DNA from: Paraspadella gotoi
Lineage: Eukaryota; Animalia; Chaetognatha
Direction: 5' to 3'
Assembly (NCBI GenBank): GCA_051294375.1
Contig: CM119268.1
Span: 22,958,643 to 23,022,642, forward strand
DNA: 64,000 nt
Shown here: positions 24,901 through 37,175 of the stretch, piece by piece
Layout: every line of letters starts with the position of its first letter
Numbering within the stretch: the first letter of the stretch is position 1
Program-made: the position numbers and the translations under genes
The notes under the pieces: model-generated
What the model was told of the DNA's origin: nothing
The model's database searches: none
What the model saw: only the letters and a program-made list of their open reading frames with translations

Positions 24901-27176
24901 TGATTTTATCCTCTTTGTCTCTCCCTATGGCGAGTATCTGTCCGGTTTCGTCCGAATCGATTGAAAGTCTCTTCGGTTTTTCTTTCCCTGGCAACTTAAT
25001 GATCCTCGATAAGTAAGGCTTCTTCTTTTTGCTAGTCGACAGAGTTTCGTCCAAGTTGACCTCCCACACTCCGTCGGAAAGACCTGTGGATATTAAGCAT
25101 TGGATAAGGCTGAAGAGTGAAGAGTGCCATCAGCAGCCATGGAACGGGACCCGGGATTGGAACCAGGCTCGAGGGTTTTCCAGGCCCCCAAGGCTGTGAA
25201 AGTAGTAGTGAAAGTTAAATACCAAAATTCTAAATGTCAATTATGAATTAATTTGTAAAAAAAAATTAATTTTATTAATTTTATTTTCTTCAATTTTCGC
25301 AGTAGGCTATATTTATATATAGTACTATCCTTATAAAATCGAAAAAATTCAAAATATGCTTTTCTTAATTTTGATTGCAGATTTGAATTCCTCGTCAAAA
25401 GTTGATAAAAAAACTATATTTAATATATAAAATTTTAATTTTCAGCTTAAAATATAGGTTTTTTTATATTTGATGAAAGAATTTTTAAAAAACAGTTATA
25501 TTTCTTTATATCAACTTTTCATGACGAATCCAAATCTGCAAAAAAAATCTTACAAAGAATAATTTTGAAATTTTAACATTTATTGGATTAGTACTAGTAT
25601 AAATATGGCCTACTGCGTAAATTGTAAAATTTATTATAAATTTTTTTATACATAAATGTTCATTAGTATAATGTTGTTCATTCATCACTTTTAGAATTTT
25701 AATTAAAGTTAAATTGATAATTTTTACTACACTTTAATTTTTACTACGTGTTTACGGCCTCGCTTGGTAGGTACCATTGGGGATCGATCCCTGATGGTCA
25801 ATAGCTGATGAATGAATGTATTGCAATGCCCGCCTGCGGACATTTTGGAAAAGGGTTGATTTGATTGGTTGATTGATTTATCGACTCATCGGTTTGACTG
25901 ATTGATTAAGTAACTAATTCAGTGTGTCCGACCGATCGATTGACCTACTGCGAGGGCCTGATTGTTTAGATAGCTGACGAATTGATTGATTGATCGATCG
26001 ATTGAATATTGTTCCAAAGTTGATTAATATATTGCTTGCTCAAACGGTTGATTGATTGAAGGATTATTAGAAAATCGATTGATTGATCGAATCTACTCCG
26101 CCTTCCTGCCTTTTATAATTTCCCTCACCCAAAATAAGAATCCTGGATCCGAAATTTCTCAATTCGTGAATGGATTTCGGTTCCTCCTTCCCGCGCTCCA
26201 ACGACCAGGAATTCAAAAGACGAAATTCCAGATAAACATCAGCGATTGGGTTTTCTTGCAAAAGAAGGAGACGAAAATCCGAGGCGGAGAATTTGACGAG
26301 AAGAAGAATTTCCCCGCGACTTGATTCGGGGATGATGGCGTCTGATAGAGAGGGAGTGGGAGAGGGGACAGAGAGAGAGAGAGAAATTTGGGGGGAGAGA
26401 GAGAGAGAAAAAAAAATGGAATCTAACTTTTATTATCATTTGTTTTCCCTCTAAAAAAAGGAACTAAATATGTTTCCCCCCTCTTGGGTTTATCCCTAGG
26501 GGCTTATTTATTATTTATTAGTAATTCTAAATCTTACTTGAACAGCTAATGTTCATGAAGTTGAAAATTAAGGTAAACTAATATTTTTGTGGTAATACAT
26601 AGGTTTTTGAGGAAGAGTAAATGTCTGTGCAACTGTTAAAAACAAAAATAATTTAAAAGTTTTTTTTCTTATTAATACCAAAAACAGTATTGACAAAATC
26701 AAAAACAGTAACAGTGTAAAAGAAATGAATTTTTTTTAAAATTTGACCAATTTTTGCCCCTTTGGGGCCCCATATCTCGGCTCAGGGGTAAAATATTTTA
26801 ATTCGCCCCGATATTTCTATTTGTATTTGTATTAGCTTTTTATTTTTAAATCGTTCGTACCATTCCGTAATTATTTTATAATCTCCGACTGACCCACGAT
26901 TTCTTTTCCTTCGATGCCAGGAATTTCAACTTTGACGAAAGTTTTATGAAGTTTCATGGGAAATTTAATAAAATTCAACTTCCACATGAAAATCTGGAAC
27001 GAATGTGGATTTGATATTAATTATTATCTATTATAAAATGAAATTGTCATTGCATAACGATAATAACTTTTAACTTCCGTGAAAAATGATGCAAGAAAAA
27101 ATCCAAAATGTTACAATATGCAAATTAGATTGAGGAACTGAAGTTTAACATCCGCGATCTCCATTCTCTTTGTCTC

Positions 27177-27268
<92 letters not shown>

Positions 27269-28516
27269 ACGTGCTTCTTCCCAAAGACGAGAGCTCTGGA
27301 CATGAGTTCCACGTTCGAGTGATCACTCAAAATCTTTTCGCAGGTAAAATTTGGATAAAGATTATGAACATAATTCAGATCGACTCCTTTGCGGTCAAAG
27401 GCTTCGTTCTTCACGTGACAAGCTTGAAAATCTTTCTGCGAGGGCGAGAGAGAGGAAGAAATTTCATTATTTAATTAGCTAATTAATTTCCTCATTCATC
27501 TAAACATTTATTAAGTCTTACATTTATCCATCCAAACATTTATTCAACTTACTAATTTAAACAGTTCATTATTCAAATCCATCTATTCAATCTATTATCC
27601 CATCCAACTTTTCATATAATCCAATTCAAACCCTTTTTGTTTCTTCATTCACCCAATCTATCCAATCCATCTATCCAATCTATCTATCCCCTTCTTTACC
27701 AGTTTAGGCAAAGGGCAGAACGCCATCACCCGAACGCCCTCAAGATCTTTCGTCTCCGACGAGCCGCACTTCCGCCCCGAGTTGGCGGGGCATTCGAACC
27801 TCCAGGGAGGCTTCAGCTTGGGCGGCACGTACGACTCCTCCATATCAGCTGGAGTGAAGCTGTAGACTTTTCGTCTGCTTCCTTCATCGACCAGTAGGAG
27901 AAGTTCGTTGTTGATGAGGCGCAAATACGCTGGGGTTTTTGGGAGAATGGACGAAGGTCTTATGTTCTAAGAACGCTAAATTTTATCTTAAATTCAGAAT
28001 TAAGTAATTTTTTTTTTGTTTAAATTAGTGATTTAAGTTATTGATTAAGGTTAGAGACTTGGTTTTAAATAAGGGTTAGGATTAAAGACTAGCGTTTGGG
28101 CTTACATGATAGAGGTTAGTTATTAAGGATAAGAATTCAGGGTAAAGGTTTAGTATTAGGTGAGGGATTAGTCTTAGGGGATGGGTTAAAATATATTTAA
28201 AAGAGAGCCAGAAACGGGGCACTCTCGGAAAAGAGAGCCCATGAATCTTGGGATTAAGAAAATAGGTCATCGTCATAAATTCATTAATAATTATGTCGTC
28301 TTTCAACGTTGAACGTCCTCGTTTGACAAAGGCTGGCGCGAACAATAAACTAATAAAATACTAAAAATATTGAGGATGTATGATGTTGTAATACATACAC
28401 ATTTAAACATTTTCTTACTTAAATCGATTACAGATTTGATCGGTCTGTCTGTCTGAAGAATCGCAGTCCCTTTTGACGAGATGAAATAGATGTATTCATA
28501 GATGTAAATCGTTTTG
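12635..28516 (-). CDS. CATSPERE: Cation channel sperm-associated auxiliary subunit, CatSper delta/epsilon family
   Basis: 24 GT-AG exons with matching phases: 28419-28516, 27700-27929, 27271-27435, 26894-26993, 26129-26341, 24899-25083, 24532-24625, 24019-24131, 23259-23454, 21717-21805, 21196-21306, 20492-20610, 19709-19801, 19324-19384, 19104-19194, 18963-19042, 18089-18246, 17624-17712, 17369-17433, 16925-17034, 14111-14261, 13784-13888, 13252-13292, 12635-12746 (2869 nt, ~955 aa). The motifs [77 protein letters not shown] and a single C-terminal TM ([20 protein letters not shown]) follow the order in CATSPERD/CATSPERE. First exon unresolved (candidate ATG 28800); delta versus epsilon cannot be settled by eye. 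Confidence 0.85.
13356..13450. repeat. 23-bp tandem repeat x4 (CGATGTCAATCMTAATCTAAGTT)
   Basis: Directly visible, intronic. Confidence 0.85.
14255..16560. repeat. ~70-bp tandem repeat containing the splice acceptor (14255-14400 and 16360-16560), split by ~1.9 kb of other sequence and a gap
   Basis: Unit AACCTAAGACTGCATCGAATGCGAACA.AGGCATAATAAG.ATAGACGTGGCTGTGGGCACAAAAACCT. Confidence 0.85.
18275..18946. mobile_element. Telomere-like-repeat MITE (same family as 5647-6025; a further copy at ~27955-28240)
   Basis: GGGCTCTCTTTTCCGAGAGGGACCCATTTC ... CATGGGGGACTCTCGGTAAATAGGGCC inverted ends; interior CCCTAA/CCTTAA array at 18445-18735. Confidence 0.75.
19841..20478. repeat. 21-bp minisatellite, ~30 copies (AACGACGAATTCRCCGCAATC)
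   Basis: Intronic; nearly every unit has GAATTC; G/A variant units are interspersed. Confidence 0.97.
20640..21079. repeat. 17-bp minisatellite, ~26 copies (GTGATCGACTCCWTCAA)
   Basis: Intronic, directly visible. Confidence 0.95.
21818..22085. repeat. (AATC/AATA)n microsatellite
   Basis: Directly visible, abutting the acceptor at 21806. Confidence 0.9.
22268..23145. mobile_element. Non-autonomous Tc1/mariner-type element (TA TSD, ~33-bp TIRs)
   Basis: TA|CTCCGTGAGCCAAATCCGATGATACGAAAGAAA ... TTTCTTTCGTATCATCGGATTTGGCTCACGGGG|TA; one mismatch; no transposase ORF inside. Confidence 0.88.
23790..24031. repeat. ~41-bp tandem repeat x5-6 overlapping the exon end and donor
   Basis: Unit GAGATGCAGCCAATTCAAATRCAAACAATTGGCCAACCTTT. 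Confidence 0.9.
24340..24535. repeat. ~46-bp tandem repeat x3-4
   Basis: Unit AACTGTTTCTCTCCCACCTAATCTCACTGTTTCCTCAATGTTTCCT next to the donor at 24531. Confidence 0.8.
25200..25750. mobile_element. AT-rich foldback (MITE-like) element
   Basis: CGCAGTAGGCTATATTTATA...AGTACTA (~25298) pairs with TAGTACT...TATAAATATGGCCTACTGCG (~25589); TGCAGATTTGAATTC..AAAAGTTGATA (~25376) pairs with TATCAACTTTT..GAATCCAAATCTGCA (~25509). Confidence 0.75.
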
Positions 28517-29104
28517 CTACAGTTTAATAAAATCATTTATTGATTATTATTCCATTATTATTTCATTAATTATTATTCCATTGATTAAATTAGCACAAAA
28601 ACAAACCGAGAGTTTATAATTTTGCTATATTAAACAATGTGTAATACACATTCAAGAGATTTAACTATCTCAATCAACGATAAGCAATGCTTATGCTTAT
28701 GCTTATGCTTATTAAGCATATATAAGGAAGAAAAGATAGTTATTGAAAACGATAATAGAGGTCGCTTCGGCAACTTCGTAACTTTAAAACAAAAGTCCAT
28801 CGCACGAATTTGAAAAAAAAAAAGGGTTAGAAAATAATATTTGTAATAAATCTTGAAGCATAGTACAAGGTATAAAGTAATAAAATAATAAATCTCTTTA
28901 AAAAAAATCTCACACGTAATTAGGCTGAATTTTTCTCGCTTCGTCACAAGGATCAGTCAAGTATCTCGCTCTCGGTTTTCCTTCGTGATGAAACTGAAAA
29001 CCAAACAAAAAAAACAAAAAAAACTAGAAAACAAAAGAAACTGCCTACCCCCCAAAATAAGCTAAAACAATATATCTTTGATCTGTTATAACCGGTGGCT
29101 GTGG

Positions 29105-29425
29105 TATTCCTCCCACACGGGATTCCTAGCGGGATTCCTCCATGGGATTCCTCACATCGGATTCCTCCCACACGGGATTCCTCCCCGCGGATTTCCTCCC
29201 CACACGGAATTCCTCCCCACAGGAATTCCTCCACACGGGATTCCTCCCCATGGAATTCCTCCCCATAGAATTCCTCCGCACATCGGGATCCTCCCACGCG
29301 GGATTCCTCCCACACGGGATTCCTCCCACGCGGGATTCCTCCCACACGGGATTCCTCCACGCGGGATTCTGCCCACACGGGATTCCTGGCCCACACGGGA
29401 TTCCTCCCACGCGGGATTCCTCCCG
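29105..29425. repeat. ~16-18-bp minisatellite (GGGATTCCTCCCACAC)
   Basis: About 18 imperfect copies just upstream of the CatSper gene. Confidence 0.92.
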
Positions 29426-29834
29426 AACATGCCAGTTTGGACCAAATTCCTGCAGGTTTACCAAATTATGCCAGTTGACTAAATTATGCCTGTTTGACCT
29501 TTATGAACTTTCTTCCAGGTCCCGCATGAAGCAGAGGCTCGTAAGCAACGACTTCGGGTTCGGCTACGACGGGAATGTCGACGACGAAGACGAAAAAGAC
29601 GATGACGAAGAATAAATGAGTCGGATTTCGTTGTTTCGCCGCCAGATGGAACTTTGTCGTCGTCGTCGTCATCTTCGTTGTCGTCGTCGTCGACCTGAAT
29701 TTTTTCTTCTTTAATTCGATGAAAAACGAAAAAATAAAAAAGTAAAAAGAAAAAGAAGAAAATGAAAAAGAGAATCGTTAGTGCGGACGTGTTATGGAAA
29801 TCTTTCCTCTCTCTCTCTCTCTTCCGTCTCTCTC

Positions 29835-29867
<33 letters not shown>

Positions 29868-30107
29868 TCTCTCTCCTCTCCTCTCTCTCTCTCTCTTCTC
29901 TCTCTCTCTCAATAAGCAACGTGAGCCAAAGGGTTCCAAACTCGGACCTGCAGCCCAACGCAGGGGGTCATTCCTGGCGGATCTTCTTACTCTCCTTACC
30001 CTAAAGGTAAGTCTGCTCAGACCCACCTCATCGCTGATCATTGGTTCCCCGCGGAATAAAACCAACGGAAAAGATCGTCTTCCTTCAAAGGGTCAAGTTT
30101 ATGGCTC

Positions 30108-30490
30108 AAATTGGCCATCGTCAGATCAACAAATTGGCCTCTGACAGCTTAACGAATTGGCCTATGTCAGCCCAACCAATTGGCCTCTAATAACCCACCA
30201 AATTAGCCTTGTTTAGCCCAATAAATTGGCCTCCCAAAGCTAACATATTGGCCTCTATAAGACCAACAAATTGGCCTCAATAAGACCAACAAATTGGCCT
30301 CTATAAGATCAACAAATTGGCCTCAATAAGACCAACAAATTGGCCCCTCAACCCAGTACATTGGCTTCTGTTAGCCCAACGAATTGTCTTCCGATAGCTT
30401 AACAAATTAGCCTCTGTCAGCCCAACCAATTGGTCACCGTCAGCCCAAGAAAATGGCCTCCGTCGGGCCATCAAGTCCGACGTTGGCCTC
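30108..30490. repeat. Degenerate 21-22-bp tandem repeat (ACCAACAAATTGGCCTC...)
   Basis: Recurrent AATTGGCCT with regular spacing. Confidence 0.8.
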
Positions 30491-33400
30491 AAAACTTTTT
30501 CCCGTTGTCCAATTATCTCCTTCTCTTCCTATTCCTCCTCCTCCTCCTCCTCCTCCTCCTCCTTTGTTTCTTGATTTCGTCCAAAAAAAATATTTTGAAA
30601 AAGTTTTTTGTTTGTTTCTCTCTTGTTTCGTTCTTTTATGTTTCTTTGTTTCGTCCAGATGAACTTGGATATTTGATGGAACTCGACAATTTTCTCACAA
30701 TAGGAGCTCTGTCACGAGGGAAGACCTGTCACGGCCGTGTCACCTGTCACGGCCGCGTCACTGTTGTTGTGTCGCTACCGAGATTGCGATCGGTTTTGGG
30801 GGGGGGAGGTGAGGGCAAGATTCGTCGTCGTCGTCGTCGTCGTCGTCGTCATCCGGTTTCGAATTTCTGTCGGCGAAACAAAAGAAAATCCAATTTTCTG
30901 ATTCGAAATTTTTTTCTTTTCGTTTCTTCATCCTTTCACTAGTTTGTTTGTTTGTTTGTTTAAGTATTTAGTCTTTCATGATTTGCTTTCACCCTTTAAT
31001 ATGTATAAACTTCAGGGTTTAGATACAGAAACGATTCTTCGATTCTTAAAATGTTGAAATAAGCAGCACTGACTAACGTACTACTAAAAAATAAACAAAA
31101 AAGGTCAGAATTATGAATTTAAATTTTAAGAGTTGCCTCTTCTTTTTGACTATGTCTGTAATTTTTTTACTTTTTTTATATATTTTTTCTGTGACTTTTC
31201 TTTACTTTTGTTTTATTTTTTTGAGTTATTTTAACCGATTGGTTAAGACTTAAAACTTGGTTAATTTTGTCTCCATTTCTAAGCTTTAATCAACTATGAG
31301 CAGAATTTTTTTTCTTTCTTTTCATATCTAACTATTTATTTTTTCAGATAAGCGCAGTTGCTACTTAAGGGATTATTTTTTAAAATTTCTTATCTTAACC
31401 TTCAAACTTTCTTTAAAAAAAATTCAATTATATCCCAAGGAAATTTGCGAAAACAAATCATGACAAAAAAAACCTTTTTTTCCCTTTTTTTTCTTATCTA
31501 ACTTCCTCTTCTTTTCCTTTTATCTCTAATTCACTTTTCTTTTCTTCTCTTTCTATTCTTATCTAAAAATAACCTTTAGATTTTATTGTGCCTTTGTTTA
31601 CTTCGACAATTTATGAGGTTATGGAAAAAACGCTGTAAAAAGCTGTTTGAATTTTTTCCGCTTGAAAACAGAAAATGATGACGAAGATGATGACAACGAA
31701 AATAATGACAATGATGACAGTACCTATTTCAGTTAAATTTAACTCCCCGCCATCACTCATTACAATGCCCTTAAAAACTCGAAACTGTTTTTCTCCCAAT
31801 CGCTTTTTTTATGCTGCGAATCGATTTTCTATGGGGCGATAATGACGCCAAATATTAGACGCTGGCATTTACAAACAAGAGTCCCCTTAAGTCGCCTTTC
31901 AATGAGGCGCTAACGAACCAAAAAACGAACCCTTAAGAACTCGGAAAAACCAATAATTTAAGGTTTTTCAAAAATAGAATTTGATGAAAATATAAAAAAA
32001 TTAAAAATAATATTTTCGGAATTCTACAAGAAAAACAAAAAACATTGGTTATAACTTTCCGATTTATTTAACATGTTTTTGTTTTTAAAAAAGAAAAAAT
32101 TTTAAACTTTCTCCTAATCTATCAATAAAAATGTGTATCACGGACCTACACGAAAAAGATAATTTGAGCTACACTTCAAAAGAAAATAGTTTTTACAGTT
32201 CCTTAGTATAAATAATAAATAAAATATACTATCAACTGTATCTATAGGAATTTGACTCATAGTTCAAATCTTTCCTTTTCGAATCGTGAAAAGTACGGAC
32301 TCGACCGTAAGCGTTACCTTACAGGCTTACACTCCTATTGTTCTCGAGATATAATCATTCCTCCTTGTAAACGGAACTCGTAAACCGAGAAAAATACTCG
32401 TAATAAGCGAATCTCGTTATAAGCGAATCTTTTTTTCTCTTCTGTTCGTTTGACCCGAACTTCCTTTTCCTTCTCTTTCTCTCTCTCAATTTTTGAAATT
32501 CTAATTAATGTAATTATTAATAACTAATTAATTATGTTGATAATTTATAATAATTTGTCACTAATTAATTTAATTTAATTTTAAATTATTTAATTCTCGA
32601 TCACCTCCTTTTTCTTCTTCTTATTTCCTCCCCTTCTTCCTCCTCCTCCTCCTCCTCCTCCTCCTCTCTCTCCGTATTCGATTTCCATCATTTGATGGAA
32701 TCGTAACATTTTGTTCCGTTAAAGATCGTTGTCGTCGTCGTCGTCTTCATCGTCGTCTTCATCGTCGTCGTCTTCATCGTCATCGTCTTCGTCGTCGTCG
32801 TCGCTTTCATCGTCGTCGTCGTCATCGTCTTTCCATTCCTCAAACGTTTCATTTACTTCTCTCGCCACTCACGCCGAAAATATTTTAAATGATTAATGGA
32901 TAATTCTACTTAGTTAAAATACGTATTTATACTAGTTCAAAGACAAGGCAGGAAATTTGATTTGTAACATTTTAAGCTCGTCTTCTTTTGGAAAATTTAT
33001 TTTTTACACATTAATATATTTTTTAAAAATAATATTTTGAATTATAATTTTGAAATTTTTGGGAAATTCTTAACTGATTTTTAAAGGTTTTAAAAAAAGA
33101 AAATTTAACAATGTTCTTTGAATTTACCTTCATTAGTTTTCACGATATTTCACTTTGTTGTTAAAATTAAAAATAAATAAACAAAACCCAAAAATATTTA
33201 AAAATTTTGCGAAAATCTTTTGTTTTACAAATTTTTCGATTCTTCGTCAAAATTTTCGTTGAATCGAGAAAAAAGACGCGAAAAATTATGTCGCTAAATA
33301 TTTTTGTTGCGGTTGTTGTTGTCGTCGTCGTTGTCGGTCGGTCACCCCCCCCTTTATTAAAAAGAAAAAGCGAAAAATCGCAAAAAAGTTTAAATTTATC

Positions 33401-33831
33401 TTTGTGTTGTTGATTCTGATTTGTGGTTCAGATTTGGCGGCCAAATTTGATCCTTGACGCTTTTGACGCATTCGGCATCGTTGTTATCGTCGTCGTCGTC
33501 GTCGTCGTCGTCGACGCATCCATCGACAAATCGACGCCCATAAAAATCTCTGTCGTTTTCTTTTTCGATTAAAAATCACAATTTCTCTCATTAAATCAAA
33601 TTCAATTAAATCTTTTTCAAATTTTAGATATAAACAAAGAAAGTTAACACAAACCCTCGTCAAAACAAACTCTAGAACATAAAAATTAAAACTAAGAGAA
33701 CAAAGTAACAATTAGAACAAAAAAGTAAAACATCAACTCCAACATAAAAAAGAGAAGAAAAAATCAAAGGATATAAATTTCACTCTTCCTTCCGCAATTT
33801 TTCTCCAAATCTTAATTTTTCATTTCTAAAG

Positions 33832-34599
33832 ATGGAAACTCATTCCAAAGGTAAAGCCAGGTTGATAAGTCAGCTTAATTATTTTGTCCAAAAATAAGTA
33901 AATCACTTACATTACAAGAAAGAAAAATGTATGTCATTATTTTGAATTTAATTTAATTATAAAAATCTGTGATTAGAAAATTTTAAAATTCTTTTTTTGG
34001 ATTTTTTAAGAGAAAAATGTCGGTTGAATGAAATTAGGTCAAAATCCCGAGAAAGAATTTTCTTTGAGTTAATCAGGGTTTTTTTTAATTAATCATTAAT
34101 AATTATTAATAATTAATAATAATTAATTGTATCAAACGTTATTTTCACCGAATTCACTCATTTAATTGAGAATTAATTAAGTTTTCCGCATGAATAAACT
34201 TCAGCTTCATTATACTTATACTTATATATTTAATATTATTTATAATTTTTTATCTTAAGTCGATAAATTAGATTTATGAAAATTAAAATAATAAAATAAC
34301 CTATTTTCTCTCTCTCTCTTTCTCTCATCTTTTTCATTTATAATTCGTTCAAGAAAAAGCGAAAAATATTTATAAAAAAGCAATTTTAGCTAAAAAAATT
34401 TAATTACATCAATAAATGATAACTTTAACGAAATTTAAACAATTATTAATTAATTTATTAAAACAGGAAAGACATCATCGCCACCTCCATCTCCCGGTGC
34501 GGACCCGGAAAGCGGCGCCACCGGCAGCGCCATCTGCCGGTCTGCCGACCCCGGCGCCGACCCTCACGATTTTCCATCTTATTTTCCAACTCCGTCTCT

Positions 34600-34637
<38 letters not shown>

Positions 34638-37135
34638 ATCGGCATGAATCTCCTCTTCCCGTCTTCGCCTCTTCCTCCTCCTTATCTCTCACCGCGTCGT
34701 TGTCCTCTTCTCACTTTAAACCATTGGCTCCTCCTCCTCTTCCTCCTCCCATTCTATCTTCCTCCCTCGGTTACAGAAGCCTTTCTTCCTTCCCTCCTTC
34801 CTCCTACCCTTCCTCTCTCCTTCCTTTCTTCCTTCCTCCCTTCTCCCCTTTCTCCTCTTCCTCCTCCTCCTCCACTTCTTCGAACGCCATGGCGGCCGCC
34901 GCCGCCGCCTACAGCGCTCAACTCCATGCCCTGCAGCAAGGTCTACAGCATCAGAATCTGCAGCATTCGCCCATGCCGCAACCTGAGAGCCGAAGCGCTT
35001 CTATCGTTTCGGACGATGCCCTTTTTCGAGCCCTGGTCTCAGCCCCTACTCCCTCAGCCCTGACGGCCCCTCGCCCTTCTCCTCTTCTTCACGCCCATCC
35101 TCTCTTACTCAGCGCCCTCTCCGGGGCTCGGTATCCCGGCGGGGCCCTCGCCTTACCGGGTGTGCCGCCTGGGGCCAACCCCTTTCTGGGCGAGGGCGGA
35201 TGCGACCCTAAACCGGCTCATTCGTACATCGGTCTCATCGCGATGGCAATTCTGTCATCAAATGATAAGAAACTCATCCTGAGTGATATCTATCAGGTGA
35301 GATTTATGTCAGAAGAGAGGTATATTAGGTAAGGGACTAACCATGAGATTGGTCTATTTTATGGAACTGCCACTAAAGAGGTCCGACGGGTAAGATAAGT
35401 GTCGCAAAAGCCAGCAAGTTGAGAAATTATAAAAATATTAATAATATTAAATCTCATTTGCATATTGTAATAATGATTATATTTTATATAGTTTGAATAC
35501 AGAGATAAGAAAGTCCCTAGTTCTCTCATGAGAAAAACATGAAAAAGAAATTTTGCCATCGTGAAAAGATTTGACTTTTTTGTCATGAATTTTTTTCTTT
35601 TTTATTTTGACAAAACAATTTAAGACTATGCAACGTTTAGCAGTTAATTGCGTATTAATTAATCAAAATCTTTTCAGCATTCGTTATAAATGATTGTAGT
35701 TACGGCATCAATAACAACGTAAAAATCCTGGAACTGTATCTGTATTTTCATTTTTATAAATACCAAAAACAGTATTGTCAGAAACAGTAACAAAGTAAAA
35801 GACTAGAAAACGGTAAACATGTAAAATCTAAACTATTAAACTATAAACAACAAAAACAAAAGTCACTAACGTTTAAAAATTGTTGAATAAAATGTTATGA
35901 ACTAATTCATAAGAAACTGTAAAACATAACGTTCAAGAACGTTCAAAGAAAAGAAGCCAAAATCATAAAAACCAGAAACAGTAAAACAGTAAAACGAAAA
36001 ACGTCAAGTTCAAAACGTTAATAAAACGTTCAAAAATTATAAAACGTCATTATAATTATGTAATGCCTAGTGTATAACATATACCCAAAAATGTATAATT
36101 ATAAGTTGTTGAAGTAAAGAGCAGAGGGACCATAAAGTTACTCTAACTGTTACTGTTTTTGTATTCAATTGAGTTAATATCGTTTTTGTTATTAATAAAA
36201 AAATGATTGTAGTTGATTGTAGTTTTTCATTTTATTGTGGTCTCTCTGCCCTTTACTGTAACACATTATATTTATACATTAAAAAAAATAACAAAATAAC
36301 ATTAGATTTGATTTGGTTATATTTTTGTTATCAGTGTAGTTTTTATTTGTTTACCGTCTTCCAGTCTTTTTACCGTTACTCTTTTTTGTATTCAATTTTG
36401 CTAACATCGTTTTTGTTATTAATAAAAAAAAAGTTACTTGTTCCTTGTTTACGCATTATGCACTTCTATATTATTCAACATTTGGTTGATGTTTATATCT
36501 TTTAAACGTGTTTTTCTTTTTAATGTTTTTTACGTTTTTTAACGTTTCAATCTTTTGCTTTACGAATTGGTTTTACGAATTGCTAAAGATTATAAGGACA
36601 CAATGTCATCGTATCATTCGATTCAGTTATCGCTTATCACTAATCCCTCTCATTGTCATTGTATCATTCGATCCAGTTACCAGTTATCACTAATCCCTCT
36701 CATTGTCATCATATCATACGATCCAGTTATCAATTATCTCTAATCCCTCTCATTGTCATCGTATCATTCGATCCAGTTATCGCTTATCACTAATCCCTCT
36801 CATTGTCATCATATCATACAATCCAGTTATCGCTTATCACTAATTCCTCTCATTGTCATCGTATCATATGATCCAGTTATCGCTTATCACTAATCCCTCT
36901 CATTGACCTCCCCCTTGCACAGTGGATTCTCGACAACTACGCCTATTTTCGTAATCGGGGTCCAGGATGGAGAAATTCCATCAGACACAATCTTTCTCTT
37001 AACGATTGCTTCGTCAAAGCTGGAAGAGCAGCCAATGGAAAGGGACACTTCTGGGCGATCCATCCCGCCAACGTTAGCGACTTTGCCAAGGGGGATTTTA
37101 GGTGAGGGAGAGAGAGAGAGAGAGAGGGAGAGAGG

Positions 37136-37175
<40 letters not shown>

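Noticed and set aside
26861-26893. In-frame TAA in a CatSper exon (readthrough or altered genetic code)
   Set aside because: An upstream donor G|GTCAGT at 26893 has the required phase and removes the stop.
28240-28340. Additional CatSper exon
   Set aside because: No good donor; it runs into a MITE end, and the flanking exons join in phase without it.
28953-29615. GIPPH-repeat ORFs on both strands
   Set aside because: Products of a 16-18-bp minisatellite with frame-changing unit lengths.
34416-35063. Alternative FoxQ2 start at ATG 34644 / 215-aa overlapping ORF
   Set aside because: Out of frame with the forkhead; the Fox frame is open back to the acceptor at 34466.
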